Shown here: one piece after another, positions 12,879 through 25,345 of the stretch
Position numbering within the stretch: position 1 is the first letter of the stretch
Layout of the letters: each line of letters opens with the position of its first letter
Assembly: GCA_025603075.1 (NCBI GenBank)
Contig: MU626265.1
Coordinates: forward strand, 124,001 to 188,000
Length of the DNA stretch: 64,000 nucleotides
Direction of reading: 5' to 3'
DNA from: Neoconidiobolus thromboides FSU 785
Lineage: Eukaryota; Fungi; Entomophthoromycota
Made by a program: the position numbers and the translations under genes
The notes under the pieces: generated by a model
Told to the model about the DNA's origin: nothing
Seen by the model: the letters and a program-made list of their open reading frames with translations, nothing else
Databases searched by the model: none

Positions 12879-13241
12879 CTATTTCCATATTTTGTTTAAA
12901 ATCTAAAATTACTATACAACTTTTGTTATTTAATTTTTTAATAGTTTCATTAAATGTGTTTTTTTGAGCATCAACACAGAATTTATGTAATTTGTATAAC
13001 TTTTCTTCGTTGAAAATTTCTTCTATCTCTGCTTTGTTTTTTATTGCTATATTTATTTTATTTTCGAATAACTTTTTTCTAACTGTATACTGAGCACATA
13101 TATTACATAGATCTGTTTTTCTTGCTGGATTTTTGAAATTACTTGGTATATATTTAAAGAGCGTTGACCTAGCTGCTGCTTTATCTCTTAGATCATTAAA
13201 ATATTTACTGTATATCATTCTTCTACTTTTATTTGATATAT

Positions 13242-13338
13242 GGGAGTGTTTTTTTTTACTTCATTACTTTTCCATTTTTAAACGCTATTTAAGCGGAAGA
13301 TTTGTTAGTAAAATTCTTAAACGCAAAAATACATCCCC
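13242..13338 (-). mobile_element. MITE copy in the degenerate 5' part of the transposase
   Basis: TSD ATAT/ATAT. Confidence 0.9.
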
Positions 13339-13879
13339 ATATACTTATTTAAAATTGAACTTTAGCAGTTGTTGGAAATCTTTTAATTAGTCGAATCAAA
13401 ATCAAACTACTTCTAAAATTCGATTCTTTAGGAGCTTTTCCAGTTTTTCGTTATTGATTATTATAATAATAAAACTTTAATGTCCACTTTTAAAAGTATT
13501 GAAAAAGTTATAATAAATATTATTTCTTTGGAAAAAATCCACTATTATTGCTATGGAATAAGTATTTTTAAGAAAATATTATATTGAAGATGAATTTTCT
13601 TACACTAAACTTAAAGGTGAAACTATCAACAACTTTTCCTATTGATTTAAAAAGGGTTATAAGTTATCGAGTAATGGCATTGGATGAATTATTGAAGAGC
13701 GATTGTTTTGAACTATTCTAATGTTAAACATTAATAAGCTAAAAGTCCTTCTATCAAGATCTAAAGGATAGGCAATTACTACTCTTGATTAAGATTATAT
13801 ACATCAACCTCATTAGAGCATGAAGCTATGAGTATGACATCATATAAATTTAAAACAACTTTTATTTAAAAAATAATTT

Positions 13880-13976
13880 GGCAGTGTATTTTTGTGTTTA
13901 AGAATTTTACTACAATTTTTTCGTTAAATAGTACTTAAAAGATAGAAAAAGTAATGAAGCCAAAAAAGACACCCCT
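13880..13976 (+). mobile_element. MITE copy
   Basis: Full-length core; flanks ATTT/ATAT. Confidence 0.85.
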
Positions 13977-14679
13977 ATATATTAAAATAAAAGATATCAA
14001 AATAAAGATAAAGTATTTTCTATCAGCTGCCTAACAGCTTGCTTTTTCACTCCATTTACAAAACAATGGATGATAATCATTAATAGAACCATAGACATAT
14101 GCCTTACCATGTAAAGATAGTAATTTTTTTATTAGCGTTTTAATATGTACCTTTAAATACTGCAAGCTTCAATTCTAATTTTTTGCTATTATGCTAAAGA
14201 GTATTTTCTCTTTCAATCAATATCTCCTAAGCTTTTTGATTAACTTCATTTTATAATACTATAGCTCAATTTCCGATAATAATATGGAATATAGACTTTT
14301 GCAATATAAAAACCCTCAGAGATTGAGGAATTATCAGTATTCATACTATTATCGAAATCTTCTAAGCTCTTCTCTGGTTGAGGTTCCATGGCCTTGTTGA
14401 TAATATTATAAATCAAGTAAGTGAGTCTTAAAATCCTAAGAAAGTAAAGGAACCCCTTTAGTTACATGAATGCAACCTGTGTGAATGATTATTTTTAATA
14501 AACTAGTAGATAGTTTTAAACTGTCCATGGTAAACTAATTTGAAATTAGGATGCAGTTGTTTAGTCTTTTCTATACACTTTTTAGACTTAATTACTTATA
14601 GCTTTTTAATTAAATCTATTTCAACTTTAAAATTGATTTTGTATCAGTCTTTTTAGCAGATGTTTCAGTGAAACAGCTT

Positions 14680-14776
14680 GAGACTGTTTTTTTTGGTTTC
14701 ATTATTTTTCCATTTTTTAAGCACTATTTGAGTGGAAAGGTTGTAGTAAAATTCTTAAACAAAAAAATCCATCCCC
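14680..14776 (-). mobile_element. MITE copy
   Basis: Full-length core; flanks GCTT/GTTT. Confidence 0.85.
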
Positions 14777-15596
14777 GTTTAGTACTTGTCTCTATCTAAC
14801 CAAAATTATTAATTATTATAATGAAGTGGATTATAGCCTAATATTAACCCTACTTATTTTCCAATAGTACTATGAATACTTAGTTATTTATAGTTACTAT
14901 AATTAATGAAATTGATTGATATTTGTAATCGTAGTTTGTAAAATTTATTATAATATAACGCTCTATATATTCTTTAGTCAAATAATTTTTGATAAAGAAG
15001 CACCATTAAATAAAGGATTCTTTTTAAAAGACCTCAATCATGAATTAATTTCTTGGGAAAAAAAACCGCTAGTTAGTTTATGGTACAAATGTACTGACAT
15101 TAACTTTAAAGCTAGTAGGGCCTTAGTCAATGATAGTCCTAAGTTAACACTAAATCAAAGACTCCACCTCAGTGCAAAGGATTCTATAAATCTAATTCTT
15201 TGCACTGAGAGACCATTGGTTAGTTTAAACTCAAAGTTCGACTTTTCTTTAGTTTTAATTTTAGCAAAAGCTCCGTTATACATAAAATGCTATAAAGGTG
15301 ATTACTAATCTTAAATAAGCTTCATATAGGAGCATTTTTTTTGTCTGGTATTTGGTATGTATTTTTTCAGGTTTTATATTATATAAAAATAAATAAAAAA
15401 GTTAAGCCGAAAATTTTTATTTCAATATGGATAAATTTAAAGCCATGGCTAAAATTTAATAAAAAAATAACAAATTTTTCATAACATTTGAACCTAATTT
15501 ATAACTTTTATAAAGCAAAACTGGGAAAACGTTGAGCCTTAAATTTAAAATAAGCCCTATCTATCAACTGCATAAGATAGATTAGAAATATTAAAC

Positions 15597-15690
15597 GAGG
15601 ACGTATTTTTATTTAAGAATTTTACTGACAATCTTGCTACTAAAATAACGCTTAAAAATGTAAAAAGTGATGAAACTAAAAAATATCCTC
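15597..15690 (+). mobile_element. MITE copy upstream of P450 paralog 2
   Basis: GAGGACGT..ATATCCTC; TSD AAAC/AAAC. Confidence 0.85.
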
Positions 15691-15775
15691 AAACTCTCTA
15701 CAGTTTATGATAATTTAATGCTACAATTTGAAGTATAAAAAAAGGACTTGGACCCCCTAGAAAATAAACCAAAAA

Positions 15776-17358
15776 ATGATTTTTTATATCTTACTATTCT
15801 TTATACCTTTATTTTTCTACAGTTATCTTAAACTTCAACCAGATAAAAATGTAGCTCAGTTACCTCGTGTGAGCCCATTATTGATACTATATCATGTATT
15901 AATTGGGACCCCTGCACAGTTGAGAGAGAAGTTAATACTACTCCCTTCTTTTTCTAAGAGTCGCTTCATAAACGTATTTTTGGGCCAATGGTATGTATTT
16001 GTAAAAGACGCAGAAATTATCAAAAAAATACTCCTTGATGATGAAACTTTTGTAAAAACTAAAATAAGTGAAATGATGAATGATTTTGGGCTATTTGGAA
16101 CAAATTTTGCTGAAGAACCAGATAAAGGAGTATGGAAATCACATAGAAAAATAATCAATCCAGCATTTAAAAGAGGGTGGGATCTAGGAGCTTTTGTAAC
16201 TGTAGCAAATAAAATTTGTGATATAGCTCAAAATGCTGTCAACCAAGAGATTGAGGTTTTGGAAGTCTTTAAAGCTGCAACCTTAGATAGTTTAGGATTA
16301 AGTATCCTTGGCATTGACTTTAACTCCATCAATAATTCGGATAACCAGATAGCTTATTTGTATAATAAGATTAGTGATGGTATTTTAAGCCCTTTATTTT
16401 ACATATTTCCTTTTTTGGATTACTTTCCATTTACATCAAGAATGAAATTATATGATGATACTGCTAAACTTCGTAACTATATAAAGAAGTTGATTGATGC
16501 TGAGAGGGAAAGATTGAGTGTATCTGGTAGTGACAAACAAGGGACTAATGTGTTATCATTAATGGTACAATCTTCTGATAGTGGATCGGAAGGGCTTACT
16601 AATGAAATGATTATAGTAATTCTTATTTTTAAATTACGATAATTTTGTTTTATATTTTTTGTACTTTAGGATGATACTATCGTATTTATTATCGCTGGAC
16701 ATGACACCACTGCCCATACATTAGCTTCAGCTGTATATTATTTAGCTAGATATCCAGTAATGATAAATATAAGAAAATAAGTGTAATACTAATAAATAAC
16801 TAGGAAATCCAACAAAAAGTGAGACAAGAAATAAAAAAATTGCTGGGACCAAAAAGCACGTTAGAAGAATTAATTTCAAACCATACTATTTTAAATGAGA
16901 CTGTTTATTTAGAGTCTGTAATTTATGAAACTATGAGAACTATACCAGCAATACCTATACTCAATCGTAAACTAAGTCGACCTGTTACCTTGGAAAACAA
17001 TCTATTACTAAATACCGGTCAAGAAATGACGCTACATGTAGGACTTGCAATGAAGGACCCAACTTTATTCAAAAACCCAGAAGAATTTCAACCCGAACGC
17101 TTTTTAATAGCTGAAGATAATCAAACTAAAATTGATAAAAAAATGACCAACTTGTTACTTAATTTTGGTTATGGTACTAGAATGTGTATGGGCAATCAGT
17201 TCTCTTTGTTGGAGCAAAAAGTGTTTTTAATTGCTTTGGTTCATAATTTCAATATTACTTTGCCAGAAAACTCCCCACATCATGACCATCCTATCTTACC
17301 ACCTGCTTTTACTTTACATAGTCCTCAAGATTTAAAGGTTAAGTTCACTAAACTCTGA
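15776..17358 (+). CDS. Cytochrome P450, paralog 2 (exons 15776-16615, 16670-16756, 16804-17358)
   Basis: AGHDTT, ETMR, FQPERF, FGYGTRMCMG; same two intron positions as paralog 1. Confidence 0.95.
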
Positions 17359-17508
17359 GTATACCTTATAAATCCCCTACATCATTCTTATTCTATGTAG
17401 CGGTTTTTTATAAGGCCTGAATAAATCATTTAAGCACTAAATTTCTAATATTGTTTTTTAACTATTTTAATGACTAATGATTACTATTTTGCTTTAATAT
17501 TTAAACGT

Positions 17509-17600
17509 GAGGATGTATTTTTTAAGAATTTTACTAACGATCTTTCTGCTCAAATAGCGCTTAAAAAATGGAAAAAATGATGAGATAAAAAAACATCACC
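17509..17600 (+). mobile_element. MITE copy
   Basis: Flanks ACGT/ACAT. Confidence 0.85.
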
Positions 17601-17748
17601 ACATGAGAGTGAGCGTTTATTACAGTTGATAGCGTTGTAGGCTAAAAGAGTTAAAATTAATTCGGATTTCATTTTATTATTTTTTATAATGAATTTTGTT
17701 GATATATCCTTTGTTTATATATATTATGAATTTTGTAAATTATCATAT

Positions 17749-17845
17749 GTGGATGTTTTTTTTGGTTTCATTACTTTTTCTATTTTTAAGCGCTATTTGA
17801 GCAGAAAGACCGTTAGTAGAATTCTTAAACGAAAAATATATCCAC
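17749..17845 (-). mobile_element. MITE copy
   Basis: Flanks ATAT/ATAA. Confidence 0.85.
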
Positions 17846-18551
17846 ATAAATTAATTTGGACTATTTTTATAAAAACGTAAAAATGTTACAAAGAGTAAAT
17901 GCTACTGCTTCTCAAAACTAAACAAATTTTTAATTACTTTGGTAATTGCTTGCGTTATTTGGATAATTTACAGTGCTCCTAATAAACTATACTACAAATT
18001 CATTTACAATCCTCTTCCTATAGCTGTAATAGTCCTTGAATGGGAAGGACTCTTCCTAAAAGAGTACCAATTCATGCAACATCACATCAACCTCTTCAAA
18101 GAATAAAAACAAGTCCTTCGTGTAACTAATCGGGTTTATTTAGTAAATCTAATTCTATCTATTCCTAACTCGGACTAATGCCCTCACTTTTATCATCTAT
18201 ATCTTACTTTTTCTAAATTTTCCATATGTTAAATAAACCAAACCCTCTGTATGAATGAATAATATAAATAGATAGTTTATATTGCATCAGATCTAAAAAT
18301 AAAATTACAATATTAATAGTTTTTTTATTCGTTTAAAAAGCCTATTAACTACAATTTAATGATGTAATAAAATATTAAAAATGGTTGTTTTAAATATTAT
18401 AAATTAAATTGTAGTGAACTAAGTATATTTTTAATTAGATTTTAGAGATAATTAATTGCTAATCTTGTATAAAAACCAAAAGAATCAAAGCATTCAAACA
18501 ATTTTAGATATATTTTAGCAATTGGGGGTAGTTTTGTATTTTTTTAAATGT

Positions 18552-19014
18552 TGTGAAATCTGGTACTCAGGGTTTGGAGTCAAGAACAGCTATTGCTGGA
18601 TTGACTACTCTATAAGTCGAAAGGTCTTAGTTTATGTGACTAAGATAGACTTGGATTATGAGGAATAGCACGTAATAGGTTACAAACTATATAAGACAGA
18701 TATAATAGACAATACTAATGTAAATCTACGTAAAATACCATTAAGTAAACTTAGTGGCTTTATTAAATGTTCGAGATATCAAGAAATAATTTAGTTAAAA
18801 AGCCTCGAACTACTATACTCTGTAAACTCTTTTATACTCTGAAAAGTATAAATATCAAAATGAGAAGATAATGTTCTTTGGGATGGAGCTAGAAATCCTC
18901 ATAGCAAATCAAACTAAGAATGTGGGATTGATTTTCTCTGAACTCGAGAACACAACAGCTTAGGCGATTGTTATGCTATAATTAACTATGGGACTAACAA
19001 AGCGATATTTCACA
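18552..19014 (+). mobile_element. Solo LTR (463 bp)
   Basis: TGTGAAAT...ATTTCACA, TSD ATGT/ATGT; aligns end to end with 12415-12878 (reverse complement). Confidence 0.9.
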
Positions 19015-20695
19015 ATGTAATTTTTATTTTTGTAGAATTATTGTCAAGTAAAATTGTCCCTTAAAATGAAATACTAGTTTTGCACAAAAAAATAATGTTT
19101 TTAGCAATTTGTTAATTAAATGAAGATAGATTTACCTATTTAAAATGTATTTATTACATTGTCAGTTCATTGTATATTAGTTTTCCCTTTAGTTATATTA
19201 TTTTTAAGAAATGATACTATATAAATCAAATTGTTTATTGATTAATAAAAGATAGTAGCTGATAACAAAACTTATTTTTAACATAAATTCAAGAGAGTAT
19301 AATATAACAAAATAAATAGCAGCTATGATAATATAAATTGAACTTCCATGTTTTTTTGTTTAACATTTATAACATAAATAGTAGCTTTTTAACAGGACGT
19401 TTCAAATACATTTAATTATATGACTATAATATTCGAAAATTGAATTTATGGATAAATCAAATCCTATCAATGTATACTTTTTATGTTTACAGCTAAGAAA
19501 AAAAAAAGATATATAAAGAGAAGCTTTTCTGCCATATTAAAATTGAAGAATACTTTTGATTGCTTTTAGATAGTAACTCTTTTACTCTTTCTTATGGCTT
19601 GATACTATTTTCCTTTGGTTCTTTGGGCATTCTGGTGCTAAAATTATTTGCTGTTTGCTTGGTTTCTAGCCTCTTGTTATAACTTTCTATGCTTGCTAAG
19701 TTACTTGGTCAATCCAACACATAATTCTTATACTTTAATTTTATTAGCATGTTTAACATAACATCTTTCACTTTTAATTTACTTAAACTGCTTCCTATAT
19801 AGTCCCTTTACTCACACTTTATTTAATGCATTTAACGTATACTTATTATATTTATAGCTCCTTTGGTGTTCCAATATAAAGTCTTGTTCTTTAAAATTTA
19901 CCAGCATACTGATTGCCTAACTTCAAGACTATTGCTCTTTGGCATATGCATGATACCCAGTAAAAAAATATAGACTGCTATCCTATCCTTATCAAGTAGT
20001 CTAGAACTAATTTGGTCTTTTGTTTTGAGGTGAACTCGAATTTTTCCAGGAAAAAACCTGGTCAAATAGTATAAATCTTTTATATCAAAGTCAAATATTG
20101 ATACTGTATTTTATCAGGAAAAAAACATGGTAAAATCCTAAAATTCTAACCAGACAACGGAGTTAAATCTTGGCGAATCTAATTTATTCAGGGGGAAAAC
20201 CTGGTTATAAACTAAAATTCTAGCCAGACATTGGAAGTTAAACCTTGATGTCCATATGTATAATAAAATTAATAGTCTTTAGCAATATTTTTAAATATAT
20301 TTTTAGCTTTTGTCGGATAGATGAAAAATAAGTTGGCTAAACTCCCCACCTAAAAAATCTAAAATTAATAAACATAAAGTAAAAATAATTTAATAATATT
20401 TATATTTCTTACTTTGATTGTAGTATTTTAACTGAATAAACTGGTAATTTAATGTGAAGTAATAACTTTTGCATGATAATCATGATTAAACAATAGATAC
20501 AAGATGTTGCTAGATTTTTAACAATTTACTTTGTATCTGTTAAAATTTATTTGGTAATGTTTTTATTTAGAAGCAAAGTTTGCATCAATTCGACTAATAG
20601 AATATGACATTATTAACAGTTCAAATCAATTTTATTTTGAACTATAAATCAGGAGTTATAGATTAAATTAAGTTTCTTTTTTACTTTATTTTAAA

Positions 20696-21994
20696 ATGAA
20701 ATTAAAATTTGAGCAATTATCCGATATATTGCTAGAAGATATATTTAAACTATTACATCCAAGAGAATTATTCAATTTACGCTTTTTAAGTAAATATCTA
20801 CATTTGATTGTAAGTAGAACTATCAAATATAATTTAACTTATTCAGTCTATAATAAATTCGAATATAATAAATATTGGAGTTACCAAAAGAAGTTTATTA
20901 ATGAGAATGGAATACTAATGAAGCACCTTAATATATGTGATGAGACTATTGAATATTTGAACTCTTGTCCAAATATAATATCTATAAACTGTAGACATAT
21001 ATTTGATGATACTAAAGTCGAATTAAACGTTGAATTGACGAATTTAAAAAAGATAACAATAGATTCTCGTAGGTACTCAAGATCATTAAATCTTTTCTAT
21101 AAATATTTAAAACACATTGAACTATTTGAAGTTATTGGATATGATATATCAATTGAAAATATTATTGAATATTTAAACTTGGGTAAATTAAAGTCATTCA
21201 AAGTATATTCATATAACAATTTAAATATTGATGGCTTGGATATAATCAAAACTCGATGTAGTGAACTAAAGTTAGTAAGCATAAAAAGTAACGAATATAT
21301 TAGCACTTCAAGCGACCTTAATTCGAAAATTGATTTTAATTCTAACTTAAAACTAGAAATTGCTGGAAAGTTTACCCCAACTTTCAATATCAAGCATTTT
21401 GGTGATTTAAAACGATTAAATAGTGTAAAGTTTATTGACTTTCATGGCTTGTATTTTGATATTAATAATGAATATGATAGTATAGAACTACTTGAAAATA
21501 GTAACATTGTGGCGTTGGGCTATCTCAACCCGAATTATGTAATCAATTGTGCTTTTTTGAAATTATCAAGTTTAAGGGAAGTTTATATTGCCAATTTATC
21601 AAAGGAATTATTGATTTCAATCTCTCAATTATCAACCATCCAAACTGTTCATTTTGGCCATTTAAATTCCAACATTGAAAAGGTCTTTAGCAATTCTTAT
21701 TTAAAAGGAAATGATGCTCATAAAGAATACAACTCTATTAAATGTAAGTTTGTTAAGCAAATTAAAGTTGAAACTCTTTACACCACGTTTGCAATGTTTC
21801 TTTATCTTTTATCCTTTTTCCCAAATCTTGGAATGTTTAAAGTTGAAACTTTTAATTTGACAAATGTACATGTTAGAATTGATTATGAGCCTACTACTCC
21901 CTTGTTATTTATTGCCCCTGTTGCTTTGTATATGGATAGAGCACTTTTTGATGAACTAGAGAATGACCCAATGTTGGATTGGATAAAATTATAA
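20696..21994 (+). CDS. F-box protein with degenerate LRR-like C-terminus
   Basis: N-terminal LSDILLEDIFKLLHPRELFNLRFLSK F-box pattern, then LxxLxL-type repeats; intronless 432 aa. Confidence 0.7.
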   Translation: MKLKFEQLSDILLEDIFKLLHPRELFNLRFLSKYLHLIVSRTIKYNLTYSVYNKFEYNKYWSYQKKFINENGILMKHLNICDETIEYLNSCPNIISINCRHIFDDTKVELNVELTNLKKITIDSRRYSRSLNLFYKYLKHIELFEVIGYDISIENIIEYLNLGKLKSFKVYSYNNLNIDGLDIIKTRCSELKLVSIKSNEYISTSSDLNSKIDFNSNLKLEIAGKFTPTFNIKHFGDLKRLNSVKFIDFHGLYFDINNEYDSIELLENSNIVALGYLNPNYVINCAFLKLSSLREVYIANLSKELLISISQLSTIQTVHFGHLNSNIEKVFSNSYLKGNDAHKEYNSIKCKFVKQIKVETLYTTFAMFLYLLSFFPNLGMFKVETFNLTNVHVRIDYEPTTPLLFIAPVALYMDRALFDELENDPMLDWIKL

Positions 21995-22429
21995 TAAATT
22001 GAGCAGCAATAATAGCTGTTCTTTATCATTAGCTTAGTTCTATTATCAAGGCTGTCATTTTATATTAACAAAAAGCTTTTTAATATTTGAAATTTAAAAC
22101 TTAAAATTTAAAATGCTACATAATCAAGAATCACTTAATTCTTGGAAGAGCAACAAAAGCTTCCAAATAGTCTGTTGTTCAAAATAAGAAAAAGGTAACC
22201 AAGGTCTAGATTACCATTTTTTCAATTCTGTTTGTTAGGCCATAGAGGCCAGTAGTGTCAAATTTATTTAAAAAGTAATCCGGAAAAAATTTAAAAGGCT
22301 AATGAAATAAATGAACAGTAAAAGTGTATAATTTGCATAAGCCTGAGGATGAAAAACATTTAAAGTATTCGAGCTACCCTATTTCAAATCATCAAAAAAC
22401 ATCAGCTATAAATATTAGATTTGCTTAGA

Positions 22430-22545
22430 AAATGTAGGATTAAAGCTCTTGGTGGTGCGTTATGGGCAGTCAATGGTAATTCTATATAAATCATGATATA
22501 GATTTTCAGCACAATAAAATGGGAGTAGCCAGGCTCGTCACAGAA
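22430..22545 (+). pseudogene. Possible relic C-terminus of a pepsin-like aspartic protease
   Basis: WCVMGSQW*FYINHDIDFQHNKMGVARL resembles the ilG..f...y.vfD....iG.A terminal motif; contains a stop and lacks the rest of the gene. Confidence 0.3.
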
Positions 22546-23473
22546 GCTTTACTATTCTTATCCAATTTGAACATTATACAAAAATATTTAAATAAGGTTA
22601 AAGAGTATAGAAACCTTATCATAAACGGTCTTGATATTATTTAAATATCTTTACTAGAATATTAAAAGATACAAAGTTTAATAAGCCTTAGTAAGAATCA
22701 ATAATATACAATTAATTAATTAAAACTATGTAGTATTTTTTAAATTATAATACTTAATAGAATTTAGATACAATTTCATTATTTTTTTACTTGCTTTGAT
22801 TTTGACATAATAAAATTCAAACTCAAAAATCAAATGAACATTCACCTGCCTAAAGCATAAGCTGCTAATATATCTATAACAAATATTCGGATCATCGATA
22901 TACCAGTAGATCTAATAAATGGAAAAATTACATCTTCTGTTTTGATGTTTTGTTCTTTTTGTAAGTTTAAAAATTGTAAAAATATTAGTTGAGCTTCAAA
23001 TAAAAAATATCCAAACACACCTTATGTTTAAATTAGTCTTTATGCATAAACTTAGGTGTTAAATTTGAAATAAGTGGAAAAGTGGTCTTTATAATATTCA
23101 TCTTTAATTTGAAAAAACACCGATATGCCATATATCAAGAATACTTGAAACTTGACTATTTAACTTTGAAAATCTGATAGTTGACTTATATTCAAGTGCC
23201 AGTATTATAAAAAGTGTGCTATCACAATTCAAGGCTTAGAATTTTCGAGATTACTTTTGACCAAAATTTGGATTTATCCACTTCATTTAATCTTTCAACC
23301 AATAAAAAGAGTTACCTATTGCACAGATTAATCAAAAATCAAGATTTAATACTATAAATTAAAACAAAGATATCCATGTTAAAGAAATTCAATTGGTTGA
23401 AAAATAATTATTACAACTATAAAATTCAAACAAACAACCATGAAACATTTAATTATTAGATATATTAGAAGAT

Positions 23474-24719
23474 ATGCGTCAAGTGAAAATTTTTGGAGGT
23501 AGTTCTCATCCCGAGCTTTCTGAGTTAATATCTCAAAAGTTAGCCCATCCACTTGCACCATTAACCACTAAAAAGTTTTCAAACCAAGAGTCAGTGGTTG
23601 AAATTGGTACTTCAGTACGTAACGAAGATGTATTTATAATTCAATCTGGTTCTGGCAAAGTGAACGACAATTTAATGGAGTTATTGATTGCAGTATCGGC
23701 ATGCAAGATAGCTTCTGCTTCTAGAGTAACCGCTGTTTTGCCATATTTCCCATACTCCAAACAATCAAAATCAAAAAACACTCGTTCTTGTATTGCTGCT
23801 CAATGTATTTTTTAAAGGTCATTATTTAAGTTTAAATTTAAAATTTTTATATAGTGGTAGCTGATATGATCTCTGTTGCTGGAGTAGACCATGTTATTAC
23901 TATGGATTTACATGCTTCTCAAATGCAAGGTTTCTTTAATGTGCCAGTAGATAACTTGTATGCTGAGCCAGCTATTGCTAAATGGATTCGTGATTCAGTA
24001 CCTAATTATAAGGATGGTGTAGTAGTATCAAAAAATGCTGGAGGGGCTAAAAGGTACAGACTATTTATAATATAAGTTCAAACTAATATTAAAATAATAG
24101 GGTCACTTCTTTAGCTGATTGTTTAGATATAGATTTTGCACTTATTCATAATGATCCTAATCATAAGGCAAAAAACTCGAGAGAGTATTATACTCATTCT
24201 GAACCTTTACCTGAGCCTAAAAGCCCATGCGAATCTTTGGCTGTAGTAGGTGATGTTGCAGGAAAAATTGTATTTTTGTGTGTAAGATTTAATTTTAATT
24301 AATTTTCTATCATTTCTATAAATCAAATAATGATTAACAGAGTTCATTTCTTAATCCAATTTTTTAGGATGATATAATAGATAAATGCAACAATTTCATC
24401 CAAGCAAGTGACCAATTAATTAATAAGCACGGTGCTGCTAAGGTGTTCATAATAGCAACCCATGGGGTTTTGTCTGGTGATTCTTTGACCAAGTTAGAGG
24501 AATGTTCAACTATACATAAGGTAAAATATAACTTATTTTAGTGACTAAAATGTTAAAACGTGTTAGGTTGTTGTTACAAATACATACCCTATCCCAGTTG
24601 AGCGTCGTAAAGGGGTATCAAAATTAGAAATTATTGATATTTCAGGTACTTTAGCAGAAGCTATCCGCCGAACTCATAATGGAGAGTCTATCTCTTTCTT
24701 ATTCAAAAACCCATTGTAA
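23474..24719 (+). CDS. PRS1: Ribose-phosphate pyrophosphokinase, Prs1-type, multi-exon
   Basis: [82 protein letters not shown]. Confidence 0.9.
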
Positions 24720-25345
24720 AAAAATTACTTTATGCCTTCTCAACATTGTTAAACATACGTTATAAACATGTGACTTTATGGACTATATATCCAGCAAAAT
24801 ATAGATATCATTATTTTTATTGATAGTTTATTTTATATCTATTATATTGTTTTATGACATGAGATATTCAAATTGACTTGAAATTTATCTATACAATTGG
24901 TCGCTTAGTATAAAACTTTATTTTGTCTTGTTGGAATTGAAACTATTTTCATTTAGTTATCAAAAAGCAGTTGATTTAAAATTCTTAAAAGCACATTGAT
25001 TTGTACATATTGATATCAAGGTATATTAAAAGCTTAGAAACTCATATAAAAGTGTTTTTTTGTTAATAATTTATGTAATAATTTGTTTGCCTTTATGTTG
25101 CGTCAAAGTGGATAAAATGCCTAAGCAAAAAGAGATTATTGTAGGATTTATCCTTTATGAAACTTTCAAATCAGTCATTATAAATTACTTGAAGAAACTA
25201 ATTCATTATAAAAGTATGCTTAAATAAGATAATGAACCTAAATATACAGTATCTCGAGTCAAAAAGCAATAAAAAAACAACTTTATTAACTTGTAAAAAT
25301 CTGGTTTAGTTTAATATGTGAATTTAGTTCCCCATTCTTTTTATT

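Larger units (their letters stand above)
11659..13218 (-). pseudogene. DDD transposase interrupted by a solo LTR (12415-12878) and a MITE (11892-11989)
   Basis: Removing both inserts plus one TSD each leaves 990 nt, a stop-free 329-aa ORF; junctions read ..QNMEI|GTRPD.. and ..GKIEH|INQLIS.. Confidence 0.85.
11050..13460 (-). mobile_element. Relic DDD-transposase DNA transposon (Sola-like) with nested insertions; upstream terminus not located
   Basis: Terminus ATAT-GGGGTTGTCTGAATTAGTTTCA at 11050; transposase motifs TDLCNIC, ILDFKQN, IWADTGNHF, NFFAEHHGKSIVDGHFG. Confidence 0.75.

Noticed and set aside
13990-14500. Decayed coding-like sequence on the minus strand
   Set aside because: No identifiable motif; probably old TE debris
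14916-15308. 130-aa ORF between the P450 genes
   Set aside because: No recognisable motif, lies in TE-derived spacer, composition like background
19500-20030. Retrotransposon integrase-like relic next to the 18552 solo LTR (C*TC**N*)
   Set aside because: Many stops and frameshifts, no DDE motif recoverable by eye; the LTR has its own TSD and so is independent
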